64,000 nt of DNA, from positions 320,001 to 384,000 of the forward strand of contig CAVTBU010000008.1 in the NCBI GenBank assembly GCA_963733035.1. Reading direction: 5' to 3'. This document shows, one piece after another, positions 21,199-33,425 of the stretch. Position 1 is the first letter of the stretch; each line of letters starts with the position of its first letter. Position numbers and translations under genes: made by a program. The notes beneath the pieces were generated by a model. That model searched no databases, had not been told where the DNA came from, and saw only the letters and a list, made by a program, of their open reading frames with translations. This DNA is from Pirellulales bacterium. Its GTDB lineage: Bacteria; Planctomycetota; Planctomycetia; Pirellulales; PALSA-1355.

Positions 21199-22495
21199 TG
21201 ACCTGCCCCTGATTTTTGGTCCACGGGCTATGAGAGTATCGGTTGGGGAACGGGTAACGTGACTTCTTCTTGTTTTCGCGTGTGCTGCTGGAGCGGAGGC
21301 GCAGCCGCAGCGGAAGCAGCACACGCGGCGGCGAACGACGCCGGGGTCTGGTAGCCGAGACTGCTGTGCGGCCGCTCGTGGTTGTGCTCCTGCAATCGCC
21401 GCCGCGCGAACCATCGCGCTTCAGCTAGGTTGGCGAACTCCTCGCAGTTCAACAGTTCATCGCGCAGCCGGCTGAAGAACGACTCGGCGTAGCCGTTCTC
21501 CCAGGGACTGGCTGGTTCGATATACAGCATCTCCAATCCTGCTCGTTCGCCGTGACGACGGATCGCCTGGGCAATGAACTCCGGACCGTTATCGCTGCGG
21601 ATGTGCCGCGGCACCCCACGCATCAGGAACAGACTCGTCAGCACGTCGACCACGCGATCAGCCGTAATGCCACGATCGACCTCCAAGGCCAAGCACTCGC
21701 GTGTGTATTCGTCGGTGATCGCAAGCCACTTCAACGGTTGTCCTGTCATCGTCCGATCGTGGATGAAGTCCCACGTCCACACGTGATCCGGATGCTCCGC
21801 GCGGCGCCGCACGCAACTGTTGCCGCTGTGGCCCAAACGCCGCTTTTTATGGGTCTTTCTCGGCACCTTGAAGCCCTCGCGTCGCCACAAGCGATAGATC
21901 TTCTTCACGTTCACGTGCCATCCTCGCTGACGCAGCTTGGCCCAGATGAAGCGGTAACCGTAACGCGGATACTCACACACCAGCTCGTGCATGCACGCCA
22001 CCAGACGCTGCTCGCCGGCAGTGTCTTGCCGCGCACAATAACGTTGTGTGCTTCGTGCCACGCCCAATGCTCTGCACGCCCGACGCTCGGATACACGGCA
22101 GCGATCCTGAACATGGCGAACCGCCGCCCGCCGCCGCGTCGGGCTCAGTAGTTTCCCTCCAAGGCTTCCTTCAAGATCGCCTTGTCGAGCTCGGCCTCGG
22201 CCAGCAGCTTCTTCAGCCGCTTGTTCTCGCCTTCCAGCTCCTTCAGCCGCTTGGCCTCCTCGGCCTTCATCCCGCCGTACTGGTTCCGCCACCGATGGTA
22301 CGTCTGCTCGCTGATCTCCAGAGCCTGGCACACCTGGCCAATCGTCTTGTCCGCCGACAGCATCGCGTCCGCTTCACGCAGCTTCCGAATAATCTGCTCC
22401 GGCTTGTGCTTCTTGCCTTTCATCGAGAGTCTCCTTGCCCAACAGGGCGTTAGGATCTCTCATACCACATGGACCAGTTTTCGGGGAGCAGGCCA
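21199..22495 (-). mobile_element. IS3-family insertion sequence, copy 1 (1297 bp)
   Basis: TG...CA ends with imperfect IRs (TGACCTGCCCCTGA.../TGGCCTGCTCCCCGA...); 4-bp target duplication AAGG. Confidence 0.95.
21228..22423 (-). CDS. IS3 transposase OrfAB (programmed -1 frameshift)
   Basis: OrfA 22145-22423 (HTH); OrfB DDE motifs (WTWDF, SDNGPEF, NGYAESF); slippery GGGAAAC at 22157-22151. Confidence 0.93.
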
Positions 22496-22561
22496 AAGGA
22501 ATTTGCCAAGGCGACATCACGACTGACTTCAACAGCACGTCAACCTTTAAGGACTCTCCGC

Positions 22562-23131
22562 ATGCCCATCATTCACCGCTGTCTTTTCGCCGCCGCCTTA
22601 TTCGGATCGATCAGTTGGTCCGCGCCGGTAGCGGCCGAGATAATCGACTTCGGCTCGAGCTTTCAGCCGCTACCCTACGTCGAGGATGGTTTGACGTTTG
22701 CCAATCTCGGTACAAGTCCGGCAATCGTGGCAAGTGGCGGAGGTGACGCGTACCTGACTGCTGGAACGAATACTGACCCGATTCGCGTGCGAGCAACCGC
22801 TGCCGCACCATTCGACCTCGTATCGTTCGACATAAATAGTATCTTTCAAACGTGGCGCGTCGAGACTTCGCTGGGCGCTGTCTTGAACGTGACTGGTCCA
22901 GCCACGGTGGACTTCACATCGCAAAGCGGCTTCCAAGGTATCACGTACTTCGAGATTATCCACGATCCCGCGGAAGCAAACGGAACGATCTCCGTCGACA
23001 ACGTCGTGATCAACTACGTACCCGAACCGGACTCCTGGTGGCTGGTTTTGATCGGCGGAACTTGGCTGGTCGGCTGGCGGCTCCAACGCCGTCATAGCGA
23101 GCCACGCCAAAACATCGCTGCGCAACTTTAG
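22562..23131 (+). CDS. PEP-CTERM exported protein
   Basis: Signal peptide; VPEP followed by a TM segment and a basic tail. Confidence 0.85.
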   Translation: MPIIHRCLFAAALFGSISWSAPVAAEIIDFGSSFQPLPYVEDGLTFANLGTSPAIVASGGGDAYLTAGTNTDPIRVRATAAAPFDLVSFDINSIFQTWRVETSLGAVLNVTGPATVDFTSQSGFQGITYFEIIHDPAEANGTISVDNVVINYVPEPDSWWLVLIGGTWLVGWRLQRRHSEPRQNIAAQL

Positions 23132-23189
23132 TCGCGGTTAAATCCCGAATTGAATCCCGGTTGTCCGCGTAGCCCAGTTCGATATTGCC

Positions 23190-24736
23190 TTAGGTTATGC
23201 CGAGCAGGCTGCACGCTTCCGCATGCCCAGGCGCCTCTCTGCCATATTCGCTCGCCGTAACGTGCGCAAGCGAAACCAAATGACGCCAGCGGAAGGCGGG
23301 TCGCGTACGGGCGAATTCTTCGGTGGTCGTACGATAATACTTTTCGGCGTGCAGCGCGCCGTCTTCACTCACGGCGTACTTCAATAACAGATCCATCACC
23401 GGCCGAGCGTCGTGACCCAGCTCACCGTAACGGTTCACCACGTTGCACGCCTGGGCCTGCAAATTGTCGCGAATCGCCGCATTGAGTTCCCCCAGCAGCG
23501 CTTCGCGGTCCGTGATCGTGAGCCGCTTCCAAGGCATATCGATTGGCAACGGCGGCAGATTCAAATAGTCGCCACCCCCTTGCATCCGATCACGCGCCAC
23601 CTGATAGGCCCCCAAGATCAGACAGGCAAACAGGTTGCGGGGGCTTCCCACCGACGCCATGTTCCGCCAGGCATTGGCCGAATCGCTGGCGTGCACGCCT
23701 ACCGAGTCGCCGTGCACGCTGCCAATCGGTTTGCCGGGCCATTCCTGACGGGCGGTGCGCCCCGTGTCGCGCAGCACCAATTGATTTGCAGCCAGCGCCA
23801 TCGCCTCGCCAATCGCGGCCGGCCCAAATCCTTCCGCCAGCGCGGCGGCCACCGCGTCTGCCGCCTGTTCAGGCGTCGAGCCAAAGATTGTCTGGCTCAT
23901 CGCATCAACCCAGGCATCGTCGGCCGCGCGATCGCCCGGGGTGCGTCCCGCCAGCCCGTGCGAGTCGAATGCCCCGGTCAGCACCTTACCCGTCTGGGCG
24001 CCGGTTGTTCCGCGACACAGTACCGCACCGATTGCCGCAGGAGCGTATGAGCGTGCTCCTCACCCACCAGGCTCAATAGCTCCCAAGCGCGATGCGGTAA
24101 CACCGTGCGATGCACCTGGGTGTCTTCTTGCACGGTGCACAGCAATTCATCAAAAGCCTCACGCGGCCCATTTTTGGCGATCGCGGCAAACGTGCGCTCG
24201 GCGAGTTCCACGTCCTTGGCATTCACCGCCGCGCGCAGCATTTCAGCGTGATTTTCGCCGGAGCTCAGCGCCGCGGGCTGCACGGGATGCAAAACTTCGC
24301 TCGCTCGTCCGCCATGCTCGCCAATGCGGTTGGTGTTGCGATAGAGCACCTTGAGAATCGGCAGCGCTTGCCGCGGTCCGCTCAATTCTTGCGACATCTG
24401 CCATGCCGGCGCGAGCGCCATCAGCGTGTGATAGCCAATATAGTCCTCACCGCCAAAGGTGCGGGCATTCGCCAGTGCCGCGGCCGCCACTAGCGATCGT
24501 AATTTCGTGCCGCGATTGAGCTCCTCGACGATCGTCGGCAACAGCTTCTCAAGGGGCGTCTCCTGCATCAAGACGACCAGCGGTTCGAGCGGTCCGAACG
24601 AGAGCGAATCCGCTTCGCCCGTCTCGCTTGCCCTGGCCAGCCCCATATCGCCGGCAAGTTGAGCGCCGACGCTGACTGCCAGCATTCCCTGTCCGACCGT
24701 GGAAAGAAACTTGCGACGCGTGCGTGCAGTTGTCAT
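23190..24736 (-). CDS. Tat-signal hypothetical protein (apparent frameshift near 23995)
   Basis: TRRKFL motif; two abutting frames; HTLMAL and DGALHAEKYY motifs. Confidence 0.7.
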
Positions 24737-25216
24737 GGCCGCCTCCTGGTATGAGAAGTTTGACCGGCAGCTATTGTAGCAGGCCGCGGCTCGGCCGCCT
24801 CACATTTGGCTCGCACGCTGGGCATTTACATCGGGGTCGCTTCTGAGTGGGTCCCCACCCATTCAGTGGGGAGGCCCTGTTGCTCGAGGCGCTAGTCGGC
24901 TCTCAACCCTGCATCGAATTAAGCAGCTTGCCCATGCTAATGCGGTCTTCGACGGCGTAGGCCAAATTCCGGTAGAAGTGGACTGTGGCGGCATTCGACG
25001 CCAACAGCTGCAGGCTGACCTTGGGGCATCCGAACTGCCGAAGTCCATGCTCGACGTGCGCCACTCAGGGCCGTGCCGATCCCTTGTCGTCGCACCTTGG
25101 AACTAACCGCGACCTAGTAGACCCAACCGCGATGTCCGTCGTACTCGCGAAACGAGCGAATCTCAAGCGGTGTCACGGCTGCACCCATTTTTGACGCCCG
25201 CTATCCCAGCGTTTCG

Positions 25217-26266
25217 TCAAGCCGGCACGGCCACGCCGAGCTTTTCCGCCAATTGCACCAGTGCGTTCCAGTTCCCCTCGTCGAGCGGGATGCCTTCGGT
25301 GCTGCGTTGGGCGAAGTTGCGGCGCTCGGGGTCGCCGGGAAGCAGGATCTCTTCCACGCCTTCGATCCGTGGACAATCGCGGACGAACTCGGCCAAGCCG
25401 GCAATCTCCCGGGCAAAGTGCTCGCGGCCGCCCACGTGCCCCGGATCGATGAGCATCATGAAGACGCAGTTGCCGTTTTGCGTGATGGGCGTTTCGCGAA
25501 TGCAAACGCCGCCCGACAGAGCACCGGCGAAGATCTCGACCATCAGCCCCAGGCCAAACCCCTTATACGCCTGATCGCCTCCCATGGGGCGAATCGTGCC
25601 GGGTGGAGTCCCGTAAAGTAGATTCGGATCGTTCGTCGGTTTACCTTCGCTGTCGAGCAGCCAGCCATCCGGGCAGAGTTGGCCCGCGATACGCTTGACG
25701 CGCACCTTCCCCTCCGCCGTGGCGCTGGTGCCAAAATCGAGCACGATCGGCCCTCCGGGCGCGGGAGCCCCAATGGCCAACGGGTTCGTGCCGAGTCGTG
25801 GTGCCTTGCCGCCGGGGGGCGCAACGCGCCGCGCATGTCCGTGCGTGTTGACCATCACCATCGAGACCAGCCCGGCCTCGGCAGCCATCTCACAGTACTC
25901 GCCCAAGCGCCCAATGTGACTGCAATGGATGAGGGTACCAATTGCCAAGCCCGACTCGCGGGCCATGTCGATCAGTGTGCGCGTGAGACGCTGGGCCTGT
26001 GATTGTCCGAACCCCCAGTGGGCATCACCCACGAAGATCGTGGGAGTACGGCGAATGGCCGTCAACTCGGCGCCGGGGACGACCTCACCCTTGCGACAGG
26101 TGTCGAGATAGCTGGGGATGCGCATCACTCCGTGCGAGTCGTGGCCGCGCAGGTTGGCGTCGACCAGGCTGTGGCCCACCAGGGCTGCCTCCTCAGTTCC
26201 TAGGCCGCCGGCCGCAAGCAATTCGATGGCGAACGATTCCAGAACCTGGGGAGCAACGGTGGGCAT
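25217..26266 (-). CDS. Ldh_2 family (malate/L-lactate/sulfolactate-type) oxidoreductase
   Basis: GHDSHGV, HIGRLGEY, GTNPLA, YKGFGL and LPGDPE motifs. Confidence 0.92.
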   Translation of the reverse strand: MPTVAPQVLESFAIELLAAGGLGTEEAALVGHSLVDANLRGHDSHGVMRIPSYLDTCRKGEVVPGAELTAIRRTPTIFVGDAHWGFGQSQAQRLTRTLIDMARESGLAIGTLIHCSHIGRLGEYCEMAAEAGLVSMVMVNTHGHARRVAPPGGKAPRLGTNPLAIGAPAPGGPIVLDFGTSATAEGKVRVKRIAGQLCPDGWLLDSEGKPTNDPNLLYGTPPGTIRPMGGDQAYKGFGLGLMVEIFAGALSGGVCIRETPITQNGNCVFMMLIDPGHVGGREHFAREIAGLAEFVRDCPRIEGVEEILLPGDPERRNFAQRSTEGIPLDEGNWNALVQLAEKLGVAVPA

Positions 26267-26332
26267 CGGGTTGCCTTCTTGGGCCGGGAGTGAACGGATG
26301 TCGCACCGGCCGCGGGCGTCGGACACGGGGCG

Positions 26333-27487
26333 CTAGCTGACTTCCACAAGCGCGGCCGCTACGTGCACGCTTCGATCGCGTCCGCCGGCCTTTGCGCGAT
26401 ACAATGCGCGGTCGATTTCGCGAATGAATTGGCGCCGCGAATCGTTCTGCGTGGGCACAATTGTGCCAGATCCGACGCTCACTGTCACGTAGGGGCTCAG
26501 GCAGGAGTCGGGGTGCGGAATCCGCAGGTCCTTTACGCAAAGTCGAATCGTTTCGGCGATTCTCGCGGCATCGCGATCGCCCGTGTTTGGGAGCACCGCG
26601 GCAAACTCCTCACCGCCAAAACGCGCCACAAAGTCACCGGGTCGCCGCAACGCCTCGTGAATCGCCTGGGCAATCGTGTTCAAGCAGCGATCGCCGGCGG
26701 CATGCCCGATCGCGTCGTTGTACTGCTTGAAGTAGTCCACGTCGAGAATGATGATCGACAGGGGCAGTTGCGTGCGCTCGTGTCGTTTCCATTCCTGTTC
26801 AGAGACCTGATCGAAATACCGGCGGTTGGGAATGGCGGTGACTGGGTCGGTGGTCGCCTCGAGCGCGAGGTATTGGTTCGCCTCGCGAAGCGATTGCTGC
26901 GTGCGAAACTCGAAGTTGCGCGATACCCACACCATCACCGACACAATCGCCAGGAACGCCAGAAAGCCGGTGTAGCTCAGAATCTCGTCCGCAAACGGTG
27001 TCAGTTCGGTCGGTGGCAGCCAGCCGTTGTGTTGTGCGATCACCAATCCCGTCACGGACACCGCGCTGGCTGCCGTCCAGAATCCGCCCGACCGCGTGCC
27101 CGACAACATCAGCGCGAACACCGGCACGACGGCATACCAGGGGGTAATCGGTGAGCGAATGCCGGCCGAGTAGACCGCCAACGCGTTGAACACACCCCAC
27201 GCCACGAGGCACAGGGTATTTCCACAGAAGGACAGTGCCTCGGTAGCCCTCAACGTTAACAAGTTGGCGAAGACCAGGGGGACGGACCAAATCAGAATTT
27301 GGCCGCAGGTGGGCGCGCCTAGGAGGATTGCGAGCAGCGCGAACGGCGGCCCCCAGACCGCCAGCGAGAAGTGAAAGATCACCAATCGGCGAGCTTCGCG
27401 CAGCCGCATGCCGTCCCGCCGCAAGCGTGACGGAATGAACAGGACGTCGCTCAGGCGAATGATCCACTCCAAAAAATGACTCGCCAC
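26333..27487 (-). CDS. Membrane-bound diguanylate cyclase
   Basis: Several TM helices; DVDYFKQYND, RPGD I-site, GGEEF. GTG start at 27487 chosen from the RBS. Confidence 0.9.
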   Translation of the reverse strand: MASHFLEWIIRLSDVLFIPSRLRRDGMRLREARRLVIFHFSLAVWGPPFALLAILLGAPTCGQILIWSVPLVFANLLTLRATEALSFCGNTLCLVAWGVFNALAVYSAGIRSPITPWYAVVPVFALMLSGTRSGGFWTAASAVSVTGLVIAQHNGWLPPTELTPFADEILSYTGFLAFLAIVSVMVWVSRNFEFRTQQSLREANQYLALEATTDPVTAIPNRRYFDQVSEQEWKRHERTQLPLSIIILDVDYFKQYNDAIGHAAGDRCLNTIAQAIHEALRRPGDFVARFGGEEFAAVLPNTGDRDAARIAETIRLCVKDLRIPHPDSCLSPYVTVSVGSGTIVPTQNDSRRQFIREIDRALYRAKAGGRDRSVHVAAALVEVS

Positions 27488-27799
27488 CCGTCGGCTCTCC
27501 CCTACTACTCGCCGGAACAATGTCGCTAGTAAGTATTTAGCATTCTGGCAGCGACTCGGTTGTGAGTCGCGGGCGCAACCGCGGTCATCCAGGGTCGGAA
27601 TGCCGCAATGCGGCTTTCCTGCGGGCGATTTTTCAGCGGATTTTAGGGCGCATCGCGTCGTTCGAGTCGTAGCGGTCGTCCGGAACACGATCGAGGCCGT
27701 GTTGGCATGTATCGTTCGTCCAAATGAGGACCTGCTGGCGCCGCAAGCTAGGTTTGTCGATGGAGGTTGCCTGTTGAACCGCTTGGCCGGAGAAAACCG

Positions 27800-28387
27800 A
27801 TGCAATTGACTTGGCCCATTCGCCACCGCCGCTTTCCAGTGGTATTTTCGTGTCTGATCGGGGCGATCCTGTGCCACGCTGCGGCCCGCGCAGACCAGTG
27901 GTTCGAACTCGACGGCAAGGCATTGTCGACGTTCGAGATCGAAGGCTCCACGCTGCCCACGACAATCAAACAACTCAAGGATCGCTTTCCTGCCGCTGAA
28001 ATCGAACCTGAGCGAGTCGACCAGTCGGTCGGACTCACGTGTTATCTGGTGAAAAACCTGCCGTCAGTCGACGCCGCGCGGTTTTATTTCTGCGACGGAA
28101 ATCTCTACCAGTTCGAAGCGCAATACAATCTTGATCGCGTTGAAAAACTGGGTGGCACGCGCTCGGTCGTTCAGAAACTTGTCGATACCTGGGGGCCGGT
28201 CGACCATGCGGGCGAGCGTCGATGGACCTGGATGCGGAATATGTACTCGCGCCGGGCCGATTTCTATGCCTGGCCCGAATTCGCCAAGCTGACGATTACC
28301 GACACGTCCTGGATGCCGATCGTAAACCGCCGGATTCTGCAGGCCGAGGCAAAACAGCCGATGAATCTGGGGTTCGAGTCTCGCTAG
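27800..28387 (+). CDS. Exported hypothetical protein
   Basis: Signal-peptide-like N-terminus ending in ARA. Confidence 0.7.
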   Translation: MQLTWPIRHRRFPVVFSCLIGAILCHAAARADQWFELDGKALSTFEIEGSTLPTTIKQLKDRFPAAEIEPERVDQSVGLTCYLVKNLPSVDAARFYFCDGNLYQFEAQYNLDRVEKLGGTRSVVQKLVDTWGPVDHAGERRWTWMRNMYSRRADFYAWPEFAKLTITDTSWMPIVNRRILQAEAKQPMNLGFESR

Positions 28388-28794
28388 CATGCCTAGCCCG
28401 ACCGATTGCCATTGCCGGCGGGCGGCGGCGTGCTATACTTGGGGGGTAAAGTTGTAGCGAGAGCGGCCGAGTTTTAGGGCCGTTTTTAATCGCTCGGCCG
28501 TTTTCGGCCGAAGCTGACCGCGCCAGACGCGGACGCGATTTGGTCTCGTCACACTTTAGTGGTAGACGAGATCTTCTTTTCCACCATGCCGCACTTCGGG
28601 CTTGAGGTCTATCCCCATAGCCTGCACACCGCGGCCAATGCCTGCGAATGGCGACTTGGTAGAGCTTTGGCGTGCGCGCTTTTTTGAGCTGGCGCCCCGG
28701 CTCGGTCTCCGTTCCGGCCCGACAAGACACTCGGCTTCGGGCTTCAAGTCCGCCGCCGCGGTCTAGTTCCTCATGCAGTAGGAAGTGTTTGTAG

Positions 28795-30174
28795 ATGAAG
28801 TTTGCAGAAATGGGATTGAGCGAAGCATTGTTGAAAGCCGTCGAACACGAGGGCTATACAACGCCGACGCCGATCCAACAACAGGCGATCGGTCACGTGC
28901 TGGCGGGTCGCGACGTGCTGGGGGTCGCCCAAACCGGCACCGGAAAGACGGCGGCCTTTGCGCTGCCAATTCTGGACCGCCTGGCCGCCAGCGGCGTCAA
29001 CAACCAGCGCGGCCGCAAGGCCCGCGTGCTGGTGCTATCGCCCACGCGTGAACTGGCCACGCAAATTGCCGCTAGTTTTTCCGTCTACGGCCGGCATACC
29101 CGGCTACGACAGACGGTGATCTATGGCGGCGTAAGCCAGAACCCGCAAGCCAGGGCCGTCCGCGATGGAGTCGACATTATTGTCGCCACCCCCGGACGTT
29201 TGATGGACCTGATGAGCCAGGGGCTGGTCACCTTGTCTGGTGTCGAGATTCTCGTCGTCGACGAGGCGGACCGGATGCTCGACATGGGATTCATTCGCGA
29301 CATTCGGAAGATCGTGGCCAAGCTTCCCACGAAGCGACAAACGCTGCTCTTCTCGGCTACCATGCCCGCGGATATCCGCCAATTGGCTGACAGCATCTTG
29401 AACAAACCGGTGCGCGTGCAAGTGGCGGCCAAGAATGCCGCGGCTGATACCGTCGAGCAAGCCGTCTATTTCGTCCAAAAGCGAAACAAGCCGACCTTGC
29501 TCAAACACGTAATCGAAACGTACGAGATGACCCGCGTGATCGTGTTCACACGCACCAAACACGGTGCCGACAAAGTGGCTCGTAGCCTGTCGAAGACCGG
29601 TATCCGTGCCGAGGCGATTCACGGCAACAAGTCGCAGAACGCGCGGCAACGCTCGCTCTCGAATTTCAAATCGAGCAGGCCCCCAGTGCTGGTTGCCACG
29701 GACGTCGCGGCCCGCGGGCTCGATATCGACGAAGTATCGCATGTCGTGAACTTCGATCTACCCGACGTGGCGGAAACGTACGTGCACCGCATTGGTCGCA
29801 CGGGCCGCGCCGGAGCGAGCGGCGTGGCCGTTTCGTTTTGCGATCACGACGAGCGGGAATGCTTACGCGACATCGAGAAACTGCTTGGCAAGAAGACGCC
29901 CGTTCTTGACGACCACCCGCAGTACCCGGAGGCAACGCTCCTTCTACAGTCTGCCAATGGGCAGAGCGGCCGCAAGCCGAAGGGTCGTGGGCCTCGCCCC
30001 GAACGCAAGCCACATGCCGATGGGCCCGTCGACGGACGCCACCGTTCGCGGCGGCGGCGGTTCGCCAAGTCCGGTGCCAAGGCCAACTTCGCCGCGGGCG
30101 CCGCGCCGGCAACCACCGTGACGACCAAGGCCAAGAAAACGAAGAAGCCCGCCAGCCACACGACGATGTGGTAA
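28795..30174 (+). CDS. rhlE: DEAD-box RNA helicase (RhlE-like)
   Basis: Q motif, [31 protein letters not shown] and a basic tail. Confidence 0.93.
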   Translation: MKFAEMGLSEALLKAVEHEGYTTPTPIQQQAIGHVLAGRDVLGVAQTGTGKTAAFALPILDRLAASGVNNQRGRKARVLVLSPTRELATQIAASFSVYGRHTRLRQTVIYGGVSQNPQARAVRDGVDIIVATPGRLMDLMSQGLVTLSGVEILVVDEADRMLDMGFIRDIRKIVAKLPTKRQTLLFSATMPADIRQLADSILNKPVRVQVAAKNAAADTVEQAVYFVQKRNKPTLLKHVIETYEMTRVIVFTRTKHGADKVARSLSKTGIRAEAIHGNKSQNARQRSLSNFKSSRPPVLVATDVAARGLDIDEVSHVVNFDLPDVAETYVHRIGRTGRAGASGVAVSFCDHDERECLRDIEKLLGKKTPVLDDHPQYPEATLLLQSANGQSGRKPKGRGPRPERKPHADGPVDGRHRSRRRRFAKSGAKANFAAGAAPATTVTTKAKKTKKPASHTTMW

Positions 30175-30297
30175 GCCGGACCGATCGCCAATCACCATAA
30201 TCGTGCCCCGATCGGCTCGTTCGATCGGGGCACGTGTCGTTTGCATCGGACATTCCCCCAACCATAGCCCGCCGGTGATACGTTGATGTCGCTTTGT

Positions 30298-32664
30298 CTA
30301 GCGAGCGTCAGCTTTTCGCAGAGCACCAACATCCACCCGCGGGCGTTGCGGTAACATAAGGGCCGCATGGCAATAAAACGGATACACGCTCCACTCGACA
30401 ACGGCGATCAGGTCAGCCCAGCCGTCCCCGTCGAAGTCACCAACCCAGGGATGCGGGCCGTGTGCGGTGATGTTGATCGGTTCGCCGAACAGTCGCATCG
30501 TTTGCGGCGCGGCGAAAATCGGATCGGTTTTCGAGCCCACGTTTTTGAGCAGATACATGCTGCCGCCATCAAGAATACCCGAGGGTCCGCCAGCGCAGCT
30601 GTAGATCAAATCCAACAGGCCGTCCCGGTCCCAATCGACCGCGCAAAAGCTTTCAGTCCAGTGCGCTTTCCGATTAACAATCCGATCGTCGATCGGTCGA
30701 CCGTCCTGGAGCTTCAATTCCTGGTCTCGCTTCAGGCGCAATTTGCCGTCTTGGTGGCGATACTGCACGAACAACGTGGCGTGCCGCACGGAGCCGTCTT
30801 GCGTCACCAGGTCAACCAGGCCGTCCCCGTTGAAATCGGCAAATGCCGGACCGGTGCGCCACAGGAACGGTCGTTCTTTCTCCAACGGATAGACGCCGTT
30901 GTTGGATTTTGGATCGGCGGCGCGCGTCGCCGACAATTGCCTCAATTCCTCTGAGTCTGGGTAGCTGTCGCACACAATTTGTGAGCGCTCGCCAAACTCG
31001 GGACAGCCGGGCTTGCCGATGTTCCTGTACCAAAAAATGCGGTTAGTCTCGTTCCCCATCATCAGGTCCCGCAAGCCGTCGCCGTCCCAATCGACGAAGT
31101 CGGGCATCGGGTAACCCATGTTGTGCCAACTGTCGGGCGGACCCAACAGTTCATTTCGCAGCAAGCGAATTGGTTCTCCGGCGACCAGGATCTTTTGTGG
31201 CTCGGCATAGGCCGGCGCGGCCGACGTACCTTCGTTGATCACGACGCGAGGCCAACCATACCCACCACCGACCAGCAGATCGAGATCGCCGTCGTCATCC
31301 CAGTCCACCGCGCAAGGTCGCGCCTGATCGCTCAGCGACATGATCGCGCAAACCGAACCGGCGCGTCCGATTCGCTCAAAACGCGGCGACTCGACCTCCA
31401 TGGGTTGATAACGAAATACGGAGATCTCCTGCGCCGAGTCATGTTGGATAAGCAATCCTTGGTCGTCAACCCGACGGTAGGAAGCGATGGTGCTGACCTC
31501 TTCAACTTCGAAGCCCGCTAGGCGATTTTTCTCGCCGAATTGCAGGGGATCACGTCCGAGATTCCGAAGCCAAACGAGTTGACCGTTGTCGTCGCGAGTC
31601 ACTGCGTCGAGCACCTCGTCGCCGTCGAGGTCCAGAAAACAAGGCTCGTCACCGATGCCGAGCGGCGTTTCCGCGGCGGGTTCGAACGGCCAACCCGTTC
31701 TCGACTGATTGACAATCAACCGCCCTTCGACAACCAGATCGAGTTTTCCGTCGCGATTCAGGTCCACGGCGCGGCATGCCCGCCAGGCGCTCCCGGAGAT
31801 TGGAAACTCCAGCGACGATTCAAAAACGGGCATGCCCGACACTTCGACGCGACCGCTATGTAAGTAAAAGGCAACGCGGCCGCGATGCGCACAAGCGACG
31901 TCCAGTCGGCCGTCACCGTTGAAATCAGCAAATGCCGTCGAAACGTAGTTCGGGTACTGGCGAAAATAGTCGGGCTTTGCCGTCGCGCCGGCTGCCAGTC
32001 GCAATCGAGTCAGCTCGCCAAATTCAAGCCAACCTCGGTCGTCCGCTCGCGGAGATGATGACGCGGCTCTAGCCAAACCAGGCGGCATCCCTGGGTAGAC
32101 CATCAATCCGCCCCAGGGGCGTTCCGGCTGATGTGCATAGTCCCATGCACCGGCGAGGTCGAGTTGCCCGTCGCCGTCGAGATCGTGCAAGCCAATTCCG
32201 TAGTGCAAGGTGATCGGCCGCGGCTCACCGGCATTGAACCGCAACAGGTCGCCGGTGCCAATCGGGGGTACGCAGGGCCGAGGTTTCCAAGCCGGTCGTT
32301 TGGCGGCGGCGCGAAAGCGAATCTCAAACGTTCGCGCTTTCGGGTCATGCGCAACCCATTGCACGCGTCCCCGATCACCAAACGAGAATTGGTCGTCAAG
32401 CGACGATGGAACGCGCTTCGCGGTCGTTGCATCGAAGACCTCGACCGAATTCGGATCGAGGACTCCCACTACGCCGGCCTGCCGCAGTAACGCGCCGAAG
32501 TCAATCTCGGGGTCGAGTGGCGTGTTGGGCCAACGCAACTCGTCCGCTACCTCGATCCCAATGCAATAGCAGCCCTGTGCACTGTCGTCGAATTCGCGCG
32601 CCGCGGTCGATGAAACCCAACCAGACAGCAACAATGCGGCCGCCAACGCCCCGGGCACTCGCAT
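30298..32664 (-). CDS. FG-GAP/VCBS repeat exported protein
   Basis: Many D-(W/F/L)-(D/N)-xDGxxD repeats; signal peptide. Confidence 0.88.
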   Translation of the reverse strand: MRVPGALAAALLLSGWVSSTAAREFDDSAQGCYCIGIEVADELRWPNTPLDPEIDFGALLRQAGVVGVLDPNSVEVFDATTAKRVPSSLDDQFSFGDRGRVQWVAHDPKARTFEIRFRAAAKRPAWKPRPCVPPIGTGDLLRFNAGEPRPITLHYGIGLHDLDGDGQLDLAGAWDYAHQPERPWGGLMVYPGMPPGLARAASSSPRADDRGWLEFGELTRLRLAAGATAKPDYFRQYPNYVSTAFADFNGDGRLDVACAHRGRVAFYLHSGRVEVSGMPVFESSLEFPISGSAWRACRAVDLNRDGKLDLVVEGRLIVNQSRTGWPFEPAAETPLGIGDEPCFLDLDGDEVLDAVTRDDNGQLVWLRNLGRDPLQFGEKNRLAGFEVEEVSTIASYRRVDDQGLLIQHDSAQEISVFRYQPMEVESPRFERIGRAGSVCAIMSLSDQARPCAVDWDDDGDLDLLVGGGYGWPRVVINEGTSAAPAYAEPQKILVAGEPIRLLRNELLGPPDSWHNMGYPMPDFVDWDGDGLRDLMMGNETNRIFWYRNIGKPGCPEFGERSQIVCDSYPDSEELRQLSATRAADPKSNNGVYPLEKERPFLWRTGPAFADFNGDGLVDLVTQDGSVRHATLFVQYRHQDGKLRLKRDQELKLQDGRPIDDRIVNRKAHWTESFCAVDWDRDGLLDLIYSCAGGPSGILDGGSMYLLKNVGSKTDPIFAAPQTMRLFGEPINITAHGPHPWVGDFDGDGWADLIAVVEWSVYPFYCHAALMLPQRPRVDVGALRKADAR

Positions 32665-33425
32665 CAGGATTCCTCGCGTGGATCCGGCGAACTCAACAAA
32701 TGCCGATTCTATCACGAGGTAGGTTCAACGAGCCACCGCCGAACCGTGCCAAACCGGGCCGGCATCCCCGGTGCGGGGTGTCGTCCACTAGCACAATGCG
32801 GCGAGTAGCTCATCGGCTAGGGAATCGCTCGCGCCACTCGGAGATTCGTTCGATAGGTCCTCCCGACCCGGACTGTCACTCGACGCGTCGGATAGTCCGG
32901 AATCCGCGTCCCCCGATCTCGCTGGCCGCCCGATTCCAGTACATCAAGTCCGCATCACGAGCCGCCGACAGCCGGCCGTTTCGGTTTACTGGCCGTTGAA
33001 CAAGCGCGGGCACCGGGCCAGTCGTCGCCGTCAAATCGGGCTAGACGAAACTGGCCGCGGTGCTCGCCGCCGGTGCGTCAGCGCTCTCCAGCGACGATAT
33101 CACGAATCGTCGCACACTGACGACCTGTGAGAATGTTTGCTTGGACTTTGTGGAAACGGTCGGAGAACTAAGCGTCTGCTTAACTGCAACCGACACATCG
33201 TCGCCGGGATGGCGATCAGCCGGGTGCGTCAAGCAACAAATCCATTTTTCACACCGCCCTATGAAGTACCTCATTGTTTTGTCTAGCAGCGTTCGGTTGT
33301 TTGTCCCCCGCGTGCCACACGCACCTCTTCAGCTCCACTGGATGACCGGTTAACTGGTCACGCGCTTCGCGATTCGTATGGCACGGCGGGGGCCACCGTG
33401 GGGACACCGCCACGGAATTTAAATA

